Positions 51,586-63,895 of a DNA stretch of 64,000 nt are shown here, piece by piece (the first letter of the stretch is position 1; each line of letters begins with the position of its first letter). Location: the NCBI RefSeq assembly GCF_963921235.1, contig NC_086108.1, positions 84,570,001-84,634,000 on the forward strand. Reading direction: 5' to 3'. The translations under genes and the position numbers were made by a program. The DNA is from Mobula hypostoma. Lineage: Eukaryota. The notes beneath the pieces are model-generated. The model was not told where the DNA came from, did no database searches, and saw only the letters and a list, made by a program, of their open reading frames with translations.

Positions 51586-52066
51586 AAACAACAGGAATTC
51601 TGCAGATGCTGGAAATTCAAGCAACATACATCAAAGTTGCTGGTGAACGCAGCAGGCCAAGCAGCATCTATAGGAAGAGGCGCAGTCGACGTTTCAGGCC
51701 GAGACCCTTCGTCAGGACTAACTGAAGGAAGAGTGAGTAAGGGATTTGAAAGCTGGAGGGGGAGGGGGAGATGCAAAATGATAGGAGAAGACAGGAGGGG
51801 GAGGGATAGAGCCGAGAGCTGGACAGGTGATAGGCAAAAGGGGATACGAGAGGATCATGGGACAGGAGGCCTAGGGAGAAAGACGGGGGGGGGGGTGACC
51901 CAGAGGATGGGCAAGAGGTATATTCAGAGGGACAGAGGGAGAAAAAGGAGAGTGAGAGAAAGAATGTGTGCATAAAAAGGAGTAACAGCTGGGGTACGAG
52001 GGGGAGGTGGGGCCTAGCGGAAGTTAGAGAAGTCAATGTTCATGCCATCAGGTTGGAGGCTACCCA
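51586..52066 (-). mobile_element. Short Penelope-like insertion of the same family as 62396-63446
   Basis: Highly similar to 62396-62840 and encodes the C-terminal LQPDGMNIDFSNFR. An 11-bp TSD, GTCTACTTCTT, sits at 51575-51585 and 52067-52077. Confidence 0.9.
51683..51720 (-). ncRNA. Minimal type I hammerhead ribozyme in a Penelope-like terminal repeat
   Basis: Minus strand reads tagtc-CTGACGA-agggtctcggcct-GAAA-cGTC-gactg. Stem I is tagtc/gactg, stem II is agg/cct, stem III is the palindromic ACGT, and the cleavage triplet is GUC. Confidence 0.8.
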
Positions 52067-52369
52067 GTCTACTTCTTGTAACCTTTATAATAATGAGGGT
52101 GCTGACTGTTTTCTCAATTGGTAAGCTGTTACTGAATTCTTCTAACAGCAATTGCCTTGGATTCCTTGACAACTCAACTCTGGCTTTCAATGAAAGGAAC
52201 TGGCTTCTTGAAAAGCAAGGCTGTTGAGCCCAGAAAATTACACAATTTAAAGTCTCTTGCTTTCCTCCTCCCACAATGAAATTACATACTCATAACCCAA
52301 GTATGCCATGATTAATAAATCATAAGATAACTTTGATATCTTCCAAGATTTATAGTAATTGAATCAAAG

Positions 52370-55300
52370 ACTCAAAGACAAAAAGACATTTATTGACTGT
52401 AAATCATTTCAATGTGTTCTTATTTTCCTAAACAATCACAGCAAGCCATTTAAACTTCATGTTGCATTAACTAATACAGTTGTTTTTATAGATCAATACA
52501 ATCAATTGCTGTACAGACTCCTGAGATGGTTGTAGTGTAGACTGTAGGTCTCTCAGATGAGACATAATGGTCAAAGAACTGTTCAATTATTTCAGAAAGA
52601 GGCAAGATGCCATGAAATTTTAGTTGGATGCTTTTTAAAGCACCTCCCCGAAGGTTGCAATATTTTACAATCAAATAATATTTGTTAATCAGTGGTACAT
52701 TAAAGTATTTGAAAACTGAACAAATGCACCCACCTTTCTCTGCAATGTGCAACTTCTTCAGTATCGCTGGGAGAAAAGGATAACAACCGTTTAAAGAGCT
52801 CACGGTTCAAATATGAAATGCTGAATTGAGAAATATACACAATATTTTAATTTCTTTCTGTCTAAACAAATTGAAGACAAGATTCAGTATTATATTGAGA
52901 GTTTGGAGATTGGAGAAAATATTGTGGGAGGGAAAAATTCCAAGTAACACAAAGAAAATTGAAATAGACTACCTGTTAGATTTTTGCAGTTAATTATGGG
53001 GTAGATAAAAATAAAGGTCGATCCATTTTCAATTGCTCAATTTTTCCCCTTTAAGGTAACTAATATACAGAAAAGATTCCCAGAGAAGTTGTTGTTTTGG
53101 AATCAACAAACATATTTAAAACACAAACTGAATTGATCAATACATGTTACAAAAGGAAAATTTAAAATTAGAGTTATTAACTGCATTTACCCACAGCATC
53201 CAATTAAATGTCTTTAAAGTGACAATTAGCAGGTTATTTCAAGATAGAAGTCCATAATAGAGTAAAACATGCAAGTGCTTTGGAGGTAGAGCTCCTGATA
53301 GATCAAATGGGCTGCAAATATTCTTAACTCTTATTCAGGCCTTGAACAAGGTTTTGTCAACTTTAACTTCTTTGAAGAGAAAATGCAAACAAGACTGCAT
53401 TAAAAATCACTTCACCTTATTTCATAAAAGAACTAATTGCACCGGATAGATAATGCTTTATTAAATGTACATTTTCCAGTGTGAAGCAATATTGGATGAT
53501 AACCTATTATAAATGGGATGAAGTGAAAAAAAAAATTATCAGGATTCCAATAAATTAGAAACTACAAAGCCGAACTCTCATAGACGGAAATGATAAAATA
53601 TGACAGAAAACATTAAAGTGTTTCCACAGCTGTAAACTCATTGCAAAGCTAAAATGAGATTCTCAAATTGGAACAAATAAAAGTGCAATAACCAAGGTGC
53701 CTTGAAGAAAAACTGTACCATGTGAATGGCTGTCACTTCAAAACATTTCCAAAAAAGATTTCATGAAATAATTCACCTCCCTTAACAGGCAACTCTTCAT
53801 TTTTAGGAAGTGATTTTTCTAAAAACTAAAATTTATAAACTAAGAGCAAACTGGGCCGTTTACACAATTCTGAAATAAAAAAAGTTTAAATTGCTCCTTT
53901 CTACAATTGGTCTCCAGAGAGGACAAGTGAAAATCAGACTTGCTAATTAATCGAAACAGTTGAAATTGCCATTTATTTCTTCTCAATTATATTTTCAAAT
54001 ACAAACACTTGCAATTGCCAAAACCAAAGATTTTCAAAGGGGTTTCTATATTTTTTTTTGAAAAAGGGAGCAGCTCAGCTACTTACTACTGCATGCTTTC
54101 CCCATTAGGAAAGTAAGATTTTCAGGATACATACAATTAAATAAACACAATCATTTAAATTATGTTTTCCTTTTACAGTTAAATTCAACATTTAAATTTA
54201 GCATGCTTTTACTGTTAAGTTATCACAATATCAGATGGTATTGATGCAACTTCAAATATGTTGAACACAAAAGTACATCATGGTCTGTTGCATCAATTGA
54301 TTAAGTTTTTAAAGACCAGTTTGGATTGTACAACCAAACTTGCAATGTTGTGTGCATTGTCCAACATCAGTCCCAACAGTCTACACCAAACCAACAGAAC
54401 AAATAAAGAAAATTTTACAATGTAATTAAGTATGAATATTCCAATAAAAATTAATAATTGAATAAACAAATATAATTTGTAGTACAGATTAAAACTGCAC
54501 AGAAGTCTAATACACAAGCGTTCACATATGATGAACAAATCCATTAGGAAGTCATGAAATGGCAGGTGGGGGTAGGGCAGTGGTGGTTTTTGAGAGAAAT
54601 GAAAATGAATCCAGCTTTATTTTTAAGAATACACAATGGCCTTCTAGAGTTCATTTGCTACTTTATCAACACTTCCCCATTCAAGGTCTCAACTTTCTAT
54701 TTACTGCCAAGGTGAACACTGAAATAAACTGCTACACTTAGAAGGGAAATGTTTTCTTTTTAAAAAAAATTGTCTAATCACCAATCAACCTAAAGTTTTA
54801 GGCTTCCCTATAAATACAGATAAGAGTTTTAACTCCAAGCACCGATTATGACCCTAGTTTCGGGCTAAATATAGTCAAAATGTATTCACATCTTCTAGAA
54901 CTCATCATAGCTTCCACAGTGGGATTGGTTACATGGCTGTGGTGAATCAGCTATGCATCAGCCTTTACTGTACACATGTATCAGAGATTAGTTGGGCACT
55001 AAATTCCTTCTGATAGTTAATGTTAAGAAAATTAAGCAAATAGTGATTTGCAGTATTAAAAAGGTAATTGCTTTACTCTTTCTGAACATGGATGTTTAGT
55101 GTTGAAATTTAACCCCAAAACATTCTTTGTAACAGTACTCCTAGCTACTGAAGCCTCAATTAAAGACACTTCTTGATCCAGATTAATCTGCACTCTACAA
55201 TGCAGCAGTCCGAAGCATGGCCAAAGAATGCGCAGAAACAACTTTGATGAAATCCCAAGATATTTGATACTTAAGTTCCAAGGGAGTGCTGTTAGAGAGG

Positions 55301-55440
55301 CACCTTCAGTAATGCAGAGTAGCCTTGATGCCAGAGAAATTAGAACTCAGATGCATTCACATATCTACAATACAACCATGTGCAAAAACCAGATTTGTCC
55401 CAATTGGTTTCCATAGATGAAGTTCTGAACAATTTCTGAA
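52370..55440 (-). other. KDM4A: Probable KDM4A 3' UTR of about 3 kb
   Basis: AT-rich, transposon-free stretch after the stop codon. Minus-strand AATAAA at 52394-52389 is followed by a GT/T-rich tract (TGTCTTTTTGTCTTTG). Other AATAAA candidates lie near 53460 and 54618. The end point is inferred. Confidence 0.6.
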
Positions 55441-55581
55441 TCACTCCATAATTGTACGGTACAGAGATGGCTCAACATAATCCCCACGATACCTGGAGTT
55501 CAAAACTCGCTGTCGCTTTGACACATGAGCAACCTCCTCTTCTGTAAAAATTCCAGTGAATCGCATGTCTGATGCTACAGA
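55441..55581 (-). CDS. KDM4A: KDM4A last coding exon: SVASDMRFTGIFTEEEVAHVSKRQRVLNSRYRGDYVEPSLYRTIME*
   Basis: Acceptor TTGTCTTGCAG|, then 46 codons and TGA at 55443-55441. The C-terminus resembles KDM4A (KRQRVINSRYREDYIEPALYRAIME, from memory) rather than KDM4B or KDM4C. Confidence 0.93.
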   Translation of the reverse strand, partial: SVASDMRFTGIFTEEEVAHVSKRQRVLNSRYRGDYVEPSLYRTIME

Positions 55582-57315
55582 CTGCAAGACAAGCAACAAA
55601 TATTTTTAGTACACTAAAGGGTTTTACAACCACATTCCACAGACTTACGAATATTTGACAAAAGCATCAAAAATCTCACTTAGTGGGAACCAAGATGATG
55701 AAAAGCTTCACATCTGGAAAATTTCCATTTAATTAGAATGATGAGCAGACATGATAACACAATGCAGTGACAAAGAAATTTTGCCCATGTATTCAACCCA
55801 ACTATTGAGTTTTGTAAATTTGCAGCTTTCCTGGGGAGGATGCTGCATAGCTGCAATTCTTCTGTTGTGATATGGGCAGCATCCAACATTACTCCACATC
55901 CATCACCCCTTAGCTTTGCAGCCTTTCAAAACATGGCCAGATGACACTTTCAAACTAGAGGTTCTGCTACTTATGAGGAAAAGCATTGAACACAATGCAT
56001 CTGAGATATGTTTAATTCCCGTATCAGTTTTTTTACTCTCAAAACGGAAGAGGGTTTAAGTTTTTAAGACATTTTAACCCATATCTTCCAAAAGATAAAA
56101 AACAATATCAACAAAAAAAAACCATTAGACAGAAGGACCCAAACCTGAAGGTCAACAGCATCTTCCCCACTGCATTAAATTATTGAACTAATCAAAAAAA
56201 AAGCTAATATCACCTCAGACTATATTTCTTTTTATACTCTCCTTTAATTTACATCATTATGTTTATTGGCTGTGCAAGTTACATACAAATTATGTTCATT
56301 TAGGTTTGTCAAGTCAGTACTATATTGTCCTGCTGCTAAAAGCTAACTTTCATGGCATTTGTATCTTGGGAGTGCATAAACTTGAACTCTGACATGAAAT
56401 ACATTAATGCATATCACAAATAGATCAATTTGATGACATTTTTAAGGAGTTAGCTCATGTGAGTGAATGGATAATTTCAAGGATAATCCCATCTGGGGTG
56501 ACATATCAACAAAAAGGACAAAACTTTGTCTTGTAGAGGGGACTAAAGCTCTGTACAGCAATCTTCTAAAGTTACAGAATGTATTTTGCTTCTCAAACCC
56601 TTCACCCATACATACAAAATGTACGTGGGTGAACAAGGAAATGAAATAGAATGTGAAAGAATCTGACAAAAAAGTACTTGCACTCATTAACTACTTTTTA
56701 AAAATAAAGTTGCCTTCATGCAAGCGATTTAATAAACAGGCTTTATGTGGTTGATGCTGATAGTTCATTTCTTTTGAAAAAGGTAACTCTAGAAATCAAG
56801 ACCATAGTTTCGGGATAAAGTCTCATTCATTAAAGGCAGACAAAGGACTGATTTATTCCCTTAAAATACAATGTATATTTGGAACTATGCATCACTGAAA
56901 GCTGTAGAAACAGAGGCATCTAATGTATTTTCAAGGTAGAACTTGGGATCAGTGGAACTGAAACAAAGTTGAGATCAGCTAACATTTTACTGAGAAGCAG
57001 AACAAGTTCAAGGGCTACATATCCTTCCCTTAATTCTATTTTCATTTTATCAATGATTTTCAGAAGCAATACTTACATAATCAAACCCAGAAAACAAAAA
57101 GTTATAACAATCAAGTATACAGATTGTCATTTCAAGCAATATGCAGATTAAATACTGTTTTTCTCTATCCTTGTCAAAATAAACAGTACAAACCATTTCA
57201 GTGGCAGGCATACGATCACCTTAAACTGTGAAACCATTGCTCTTCCAGGAAGTCATCACCCAACAAGTGTGAAAAAAACACGATTGCATTGGAGAGGAAG
57301 TTGCTACATACTTAC

Positions 57316-57408
57316 CAGTCTAGACTTGACTTTTTTGGGAAGTTCCTCATTTAGAGTGTACACATCTTCCCTTTTAACCATTAATTGAGAAGCATCTTCA
57401 AATTCCAC
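57316..57408 (-). CDS. KDM4A: KDM4A penultimate coding exon: [31 protein letters not shown]
   Basis: 93 bp, with acceptor CCTTTCAG| and donor CTG|GTAAGT. It continues the previous exon in frame. Translated by hand because it is not in the ORF track. Confidence 0.95.
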
Positions 57409-57811
57409 CTGAAAGGATAATAAAGCAATAATGAAAACTCAATTTGAAACTTAGCATTTAGAAAGACAAGATTGATAGAAATAATTTATGGTGGTTTTGA
57501 CAGATTTATACATTCTGCACCTATATTGTTAATTTTCCACACCAAGGACCAATAAATCAATTACTGAAAATATTAGAGAAATCCTGTTCAATATGGTCAA
57601 GATTCTGAAATAATTAATCCAAAGTTATCAAAGCACAAAACTTAAAATCTACTGGATATACAAATGATGCAGTGTGGGAAGAAACTGTACAAAATATAAA
57701 TGCACTGATGTTAAAAAGGAATCACGGGAGAAATGTTTACAGCGATTAATACCTACATAATTATTTGCCTACATATCAAACTGTTTTGCCCTTCAACCAG
57801 ATCGCTATACA

Positions 57812-59181
57812 CAGTGCTGAATAAGTACTGCCCCACCCACCGGAAGTTTTCAAGTTTTATTGTTTTACAACACTGAATCACAGTGGATTTGCTTTTTTGA
57901 CACAGATCAACAGAAAAAATACTCTTTCGTGTCAAAGTTAAAACAGATCTCTGCAAAGTGATCTAAATTAATTACAAATTTAAAACACAAAATAATTGGT
58001 TGCATAAGTATTCAAACTCTTCAAGTCAGTATTTAGTAGATGCACCCTTGGCAGCAATTACAGCCTTGAGTCTGTGCAGATAAGTTTCCATCAACTTTGC
58101 ACCTCTGGACACCACAAATTTTCCCCATGCTTCTTTACAAAACTGCTAAAGCTCTGTCAGATAGCATGGGGAATGTGGAAACAGCCCTTTTCAAATCCAT
58201 CCACAAATTTTCAATTGGATTGAAGTCTGCCATTCAGGTGCAGCTTTGGCTTTATGCTTGGGGTCATCGACTTGCTGGAAAACAAATCTTCTCCCAAGTC
58301 ACAGTTCTCTTGCATACTGAATCAGGTTTTCCCTCCAGGGTTCCCAGTATTTTTCTGTATTCATTTTACCCTCTACCATCACAAGCCTTCTAGGGACAGC
58401 TGCAGTGAAGCATCCCCATAGCATGATGCAGTCACCACCATGCTTCATGGTAGGGATGGTAAGGTTTTGATGATGTGTGGTGTTTGACATGCCAAATATA
58501 GCATTTAGTCTGATGGCCAAAAAGCTCAATTTTGGTTTCATCAGACCAGACTTTTCTTCCAGCTGACTTCAGAGTCTCCTACATGCCTTCTGGCAAACTC
58601 TAGACGAGATTTTTTTCCCCAACAGTGGCTTTCTCTTTGCCACTTTCCAATAAAGCTGCAACTGGTGAAGCATGCAGGAAACAACTGTTACATGCACAGT
58701 CTCTCCCATCTCAGCCACTGAAGCTTGTAACCCCTCAAGGGTTGGTGGCCTCCATCACTAGTCCCCTTCTTGCACAATCACTCAGTTTTTGTGGATGGCT
58801 CGCACTAGGTAGATTTACAGTACCATATTCTTCCCAGTTCTTGATGACTGACCTATTTTTACTACAATCAATTGAAACACCTTGACTGCACATACGTCTC
58901 CAAAATCAGATCTCCTTTTAACTAATTATGTGACTTCTAAAACCAATTGACTGTACTAGTGCTGATTTAATGTCATATTCAAGGGGGTGAATATATATGC
59001 AATCAATTATTTTGTGTTTTACAATTGTAATTAATTTAGATCTGTTTTTACTTTGACACGAAAGAGTCTTTTTCTGTCGATCAGAGCCAAAAAAGCCAAA
59101 TTAAAGCCACGGTGGTTCAATGTTGTAAAACAATAGAACATGAAAACTTCAAAAAAGAGTGAATACTATTTATAGGCACTG
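57812..59181 (-). mobile_element. Tc1-like DNA transposon with long (about 210 bp) inverted repeats, decayed, in a KDM4A intron
   Basis: Ends are CAGTGC...GCACTG-TA. Internal IR blocks CTCTTTCGTGTCAAAGT and ACTTTGACACGAAAGAG. Transposase remnant PTMKHGGDCIMLWGCF at 58299..58541. Confidence 0.9.
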
Positions 59182-59249
59182 TATTTAGTTATGTTCCTAA
59201 TAAATACCACATTAATTGCTCAAAAATTTTAAAAAATACAGTCCTTTAC

Positions 59250-61451
59250 CATAGCGTTGGAGAAGGATACGAGCAGACAAGTTAGGAAAGTGTTTAGTTG
59301 GAGTAAGGGGAAATATGAAGCTATCAGGCAGGAACTTGGAAGTACAAATTGTGAGCAGATGTTCTCAGGGAAATGGACGGCAGAAATGTGGCAAATGTTC
59401 AGGGGATATTTGCAAGACGTTCTGCATAGGTACATTCCAGTGAGACAGGGAAAGGATGATAGGGTACAGGAACCATGGTGTACAAAGGCTGTTGAAAATC
59501 TAGTCAAGGAAAGCTTACGAAAGGTTCAAAAACTTAGATAATGATAGAGATGGAGAAAATTATATGGCTAGCAGGAAGGAGCTTAAGAATGAAATTAGGA
59601 GAGCCAGAAGGGGTCATGAGAAGGCCTTGGTGAGTAGGATTAAGGAAAATCCCAAGGCATTCTACAAGTATGTGAAGAGCAAGAGGATAACATGTGAGAG
59701 AATAGGATCAATCAAGTGTGACAGTGGAAGTGTGTATGGAACAACCAGAGGAGGTAGTGGAGGTACTTATACTTTGCTTCAGTATTTACTATGGAAAAGG
59801 ACCATGGCGATTGTAGGGATGACTTACAGCAGACTGAAGGTTGAGCATATACATATTAAGAAAGAGGAGCTTTTGGAAAGCATCAAGTTGGATAAGTCAC
59901 CAGGACCTGACGAGAATTACTCCAGGCTACTGTGGGAGGCGAGGAAGGAGATTGCTGAGTCTCTGGTAATGATCCTTGCATCATCAATGGGGATGGGAGA
60001 GGTTCCAGAGGATTTGAAGCTTGCAGATGTTGTTCCCTTATTCAAGAAAGGGAGTAGAGATAGCCCAGGAAATTATACACCAGTGAGTCTCATTTCAGTG
60101 GTAGGTAAGTTGATGGAGAAGATCCTGACAGGCAGAATTTATGAACATCTGGAGAGGCATGATATGATTAGGAATAGTCAGCATGGCTTTGTCAAAGGCA
60201 GTTGGTGCCTTTCAAGCCTGATTGAATTTTTTGAGGATAACACTAAACATGTTGATGAAGGTAGAGTGGTAGATGTAGTGTATATGAATTTCAGCAAGGC
60301 ATTTGATAAGGTACCCTATGCAAGGCTTATTGAGCAAGTAAGGAGGCATGGGATCCCAGAGGACCTTGCTTTGTGGATCCAGAATTGGCATGCCCACAGA
60401 AGGAAAAGAGCAGTCATAGACGGGTCCTATTCTGCGTGGAGGTCAATGATCAGTGTTGTGCCTCAGTGATCTGCTCTGAGACCCCTTCTCTTCGTGATTT
60501 TTATAAATGACCTGCATAAGGAAGTAGAGGGATGGGTTAGTAAATTTGCTGATGACACAAAGGTTGGGGGTGTTGTGGATAGTGTGGAGGGCTGTGAGAG
60601 GTTACAGCGGGACATTGATAGGATGCAAAACTGGGTTGAGAAGTGGCAGATGGAGTTCAACCTAGATAAGTGTGAGGTCGTTCATTTTGGTAGGTCAAAT
60701 ATGATGGCAGAATATAGTATTAATGACTCTTGGCAGCGTGGAGGATCAGAGAGATCTTTGGGTCCAAATTCATAGGACACTGAAAGGTGCTATGCAGCTT
60801 GACTCCGTGGTTAAGAAGGCATACGGTGTATTGGCCTTCATCAATCGTGCGATTGAGTTCAAGAGCTGAGAGGTAATGTTGCTGCTATATAGGACCCTGG
60901 TCAGACCCCAGTTGGAGTACTGTGCTTAGTTCTGGTCACTTCACTACAGGAAGGATGTGGAAACTATATAAAGGGTGCAAAGGAGATTTACAAGGATGTT
61001 GCCTGGAATGGGGGGAATGCCCAATGAGAATAGGTTGAGTGAACTCAGCCTTTTCTCCTTGGAGCAACGGAGGATAAGAGGTGACCTGATTCAGGTATGT
61101 AAGATGACGAGAGGCATTGATTGTGTGGATAGTCAAGAGGTTTCTTCCCAGGACTGAAATGGCTAGCACAAGAGGGCACAGTTTTAAGGTGCTTGGAAGT
61201 AGGTACAGAGGAGATGTCAGGGGTAAGTTTTTTTTTTAAAATGCAGAGAGTGGTGAGTGCGTGGAACGGGCTCTCGGTGACAGTGGTGGAGGTGGATACA
61301 ATAGGGTCTTTTAAGAGACTCTTGGATAGCCATGGAGCTTAGAAAAGTAGAGGGCCATGGGTAACCCTAGGAAATTTCTAAAGTAAGTACATGTCCAGCA
61401 CAGCATTTTGGGACAAAGGGTCTGTATTGTGCTGTTGGTTTTCTGTTTCTA
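59250..61451 (+). mobile_element. CR1-A family LINE, 5'-truncated, in a KDM4A intron (antisense to the gene)
   Basis: ORFs 59257-61157 contain [15 protein letters not shown] and [10 protein letters not shown]. The tail is TTTTCTGTTTCTA. Confidence 0.93.
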
Positions 61452-61495
61452 CAACACCTGAACTATTGGCAAAAGTACTTTAATTTGTTTCCTAC

Positions 61496-61615
61496 CTGGT
61501 ACAGCTGTATAACATGTGATGCTACAAATTGGGCTCCATATACGAGTCCGTCAGTCCATCTGACTTGTACCACCTCTCCTTCTGCAGGAGGTCCCAATCG
61601 CAGACAGTCACGACT
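61496..61615 (-). CDS. KDM4A: KDM4A coding exon, third from last (Tudor region): [40 protein letters not shown]
   Basis: 120 bp, phase 0/0, with acceptor TTTTCAG| and donor CAG|GTAGG. The peptide matches the KDM4A Tudor segment [16 protein letters not shown] as I recall it. It lies within ORF 61463..61645. Confidence 0.95.
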
Positions 61616-62395
61616 CTGAAAATTAGCATTACTTAGAAAAGTCAAAAATTTTTACTCTTTTTACACAATCAATGTTAATCTTTAGAAGAATGCAAACACA
61701 GATCAGATTCTACTTTGTGTTATATTCAATGAACATTTAACATAATTCCTTTTTTAACATAAATTAATTCTTTTAAAAAAAAATCAATGGACTTGAAAAC
61801 AGACAAATTATTTTTGGCTATTGAACTTCATCTTTATGCATAGTGTATCAGTGTGTGTGTAGTTTTGTTCGTTTTGCTTATATTAAAATAGTTTTATGGC
61901 AAACAGAACTTGTGGAGGATAAACCATTTGTGCTTTTTGATCAGGCAGGTTTTCCTGATAGTGTGAGACTGTTTAACAAATGTTGTTATCTTGGTTTTGG
62001 AATCAAGGGCACACAACTTCAGTCACAAGCTATTTTGCATTGTAACAAAAATCACAACCTACCACAATGTCCTCTGGATACAAGTTGTCACTGAAGGAAC
62101 CATCATCGAAATTCACTTCATAGAAGGTTTCTTTACTCAATCCAACCACCTCACATTGGTAAAAGCGCCCATTTTTGTGTTTTGAGATGACCTTCTGCCC
62201 AACTTCAATCTCATTTAAAGCTGATTTAGAACGCTATGGAAAAATTAAACAAAATTTTTATTTTATTTAGAGATGCAGTGTGGAGTAGGCCCTTCTGGCC
62301 CTTCGAACTGCACCACCACTGCAACCCCTGATTGAACCCCAACCTGGTGATGGGACAATTTACAATGACCAATTAACCTACGTAGTATGTCTTTG

Positions 62396-63446
62396 CAACA
62401 CACATCAAAGTTGCTGGTGAACGCAGCAGGCCAAGCAGCATCTGTAGGAAGAGGTGCAGTCGACGTTTCAGGCCGAGACCCTTCGTCAGGACTAACTGAA
62501 GGAAGAGTGAGTAAGGGATTTGAAAGTTGGAGGGGGAGGAGGAGATCCAAAATGATAGGAGAAGACAGGAGGGGGAAGGATAGAGCCAAGAGCTGGACAG
62601 GTGATAGGCAAAAGGGGATACGAGAGGATCATGGGACAGGAGGTCCGGGAAGAAAGGCAAGGGGGGGGGACCCAGAGGATGGGCAAGAGGTATATTCCGA
62701 GGGACAGAGGGAGAAAAAGGAGAGTGAGAGAAAGAATGTGTGCATAAAAATAAGTAACAGATGGGGTACCAGGGGGAGGTGGGGCCTTAGCGGAAGTTAG
62801 AGAAGTCAATGTTCATGCCATCAGGTTGGAGGTGACCCAGACGGAATATAAGGTGTTGTTCCTCCAACCTGAGTGTGGCTTCATCTTGACAGTAGAGGAG
62901 GCCGTGGATAGACATGTCAGAATGGGAATGGGATGTGGAATTAAAATGTGTTGCCACTGGGAGATCCTGCTTTCTCTGGCGGACAGAGCGTAGATGTTCA
63001 GCAAAGCGGTCTCCCAGTCTGCGTCGGGTCTCGCCAATATATAAAAGGCCACATCGGGAGCACTGGACGCAGTATATCACCCCAGTCGACTCACAGGTGA
63101 AGTGTTGCCTCACCTGGAAGGACTGTTTGGGGCCCTGAATGGTGGTAAGGGAGGAAGTGTAAGGGCATGTGTAGCACTTGTTCCGCTTACACGGATAAGT
63201 GCCAGGAGGGAGATCAGTGGGGAGGGATGGGGGGGGACGAATGGACAAGGGAGTTATCTAGGGAGCGATCCCGGCGGAATGCAGAGAGAGGGGGGGAGGG
63301 AAAGATGTACTTAGTGGTGGGATCCCGTTGGAGGTGGCGGAAGTTACGGAGAATAATATGTTGGACCCGGAGGCTGGTGGGGTGGTAGGTGAGGACCAGG
63401 GGAACCCTATTCCTAGTGGGGTGGCAGGAGGATGGAGTGAGAGCAG
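62396..63446 (-). mobile_element. Penelope-like retroelement, 5'-truncated, with GIY-YIG endonuclease region
   Basis: ORF 62787..63248 has PCKRNKCYTC and VIYCVQCSRCGLLYIGETRRRLGDRFAEH. A hammerhead-containing terminal region follows. A 9-bp TSD, ATGTCTTTG, sits at 62387-62395 and 63447-63455. Confidence 0.9.
62457..62494 (-). ncRNA. Minimal type I hammerhead ribozyme, identical to 51683-51720, in a KDM4A intron
   Basis: Same 38 nt. It lies about 290 nt downstream of the stop codon of the GIY-YIG ORF 62787..63248. Confidence 0.8.
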
Positions 63447-63895
63447 ATGTCTTTGACTGTGGGAGGAAACCAAAGCACCTGGGGAAAAACCCATGTATCC
63501 CATAGGAAGGATGCACATGGAGACTCCTTACAGATGATGCTGGATTTGAACTCTGGCACCCTGAGCTGTAATAGTACAGTGGTAACCGCTTTACTACTGT
63601 GGCACCCATCTTTTAAGAGTTCCATTGATCTCAATTGTCCGGCAAAGGAAGATAACAAAAAATCCATTTTGCATGTTAATTAATGACCAGATGGTGAGCC
63701 AGTACCAGGACATTTAATAGCAGCTGCTATAGGTTAGATCTGCCTTTATACCTTAAAACATAATTTCATCACAAAGCTGCAGCCATGGAACAGGGCTTTT
63801 GGATCAAACAGGCAAGATACAAACTAACAAGATGAGCAAAATAAACAATAGCCAGAAAATTAGTGAATTAAATGCCAAAATTACATACATAAATT

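Larger units (their letters stand above)
62255..63606 (-). mobile_element. tRNA-derived SINE split by the Penelope insertion (62255-62395 and 63447-63606)
   Basis: The SINE core ATGTCTTTG|ACTGTGGGAGGAAACC rejoins across the TSD. The tRNA-like head is at about 63540-63606 and the (TTTTA)n tail at about 62255. Confidence 0.8.

Noticed and set aside
35984..61451. Inverted CR1-A copies (35984-38427 and 59250-61451) as ends of one large composite element
   Set aside because: They are independent, diverged insertions of an abundant LINE, each with its own tail and no shared TSD.
61463..61645. 60-aa ORF as a complete small gene
   Set aside because: Only 61615-61496 is exon. The flanks are intron sequence beyond canonical splice sites.
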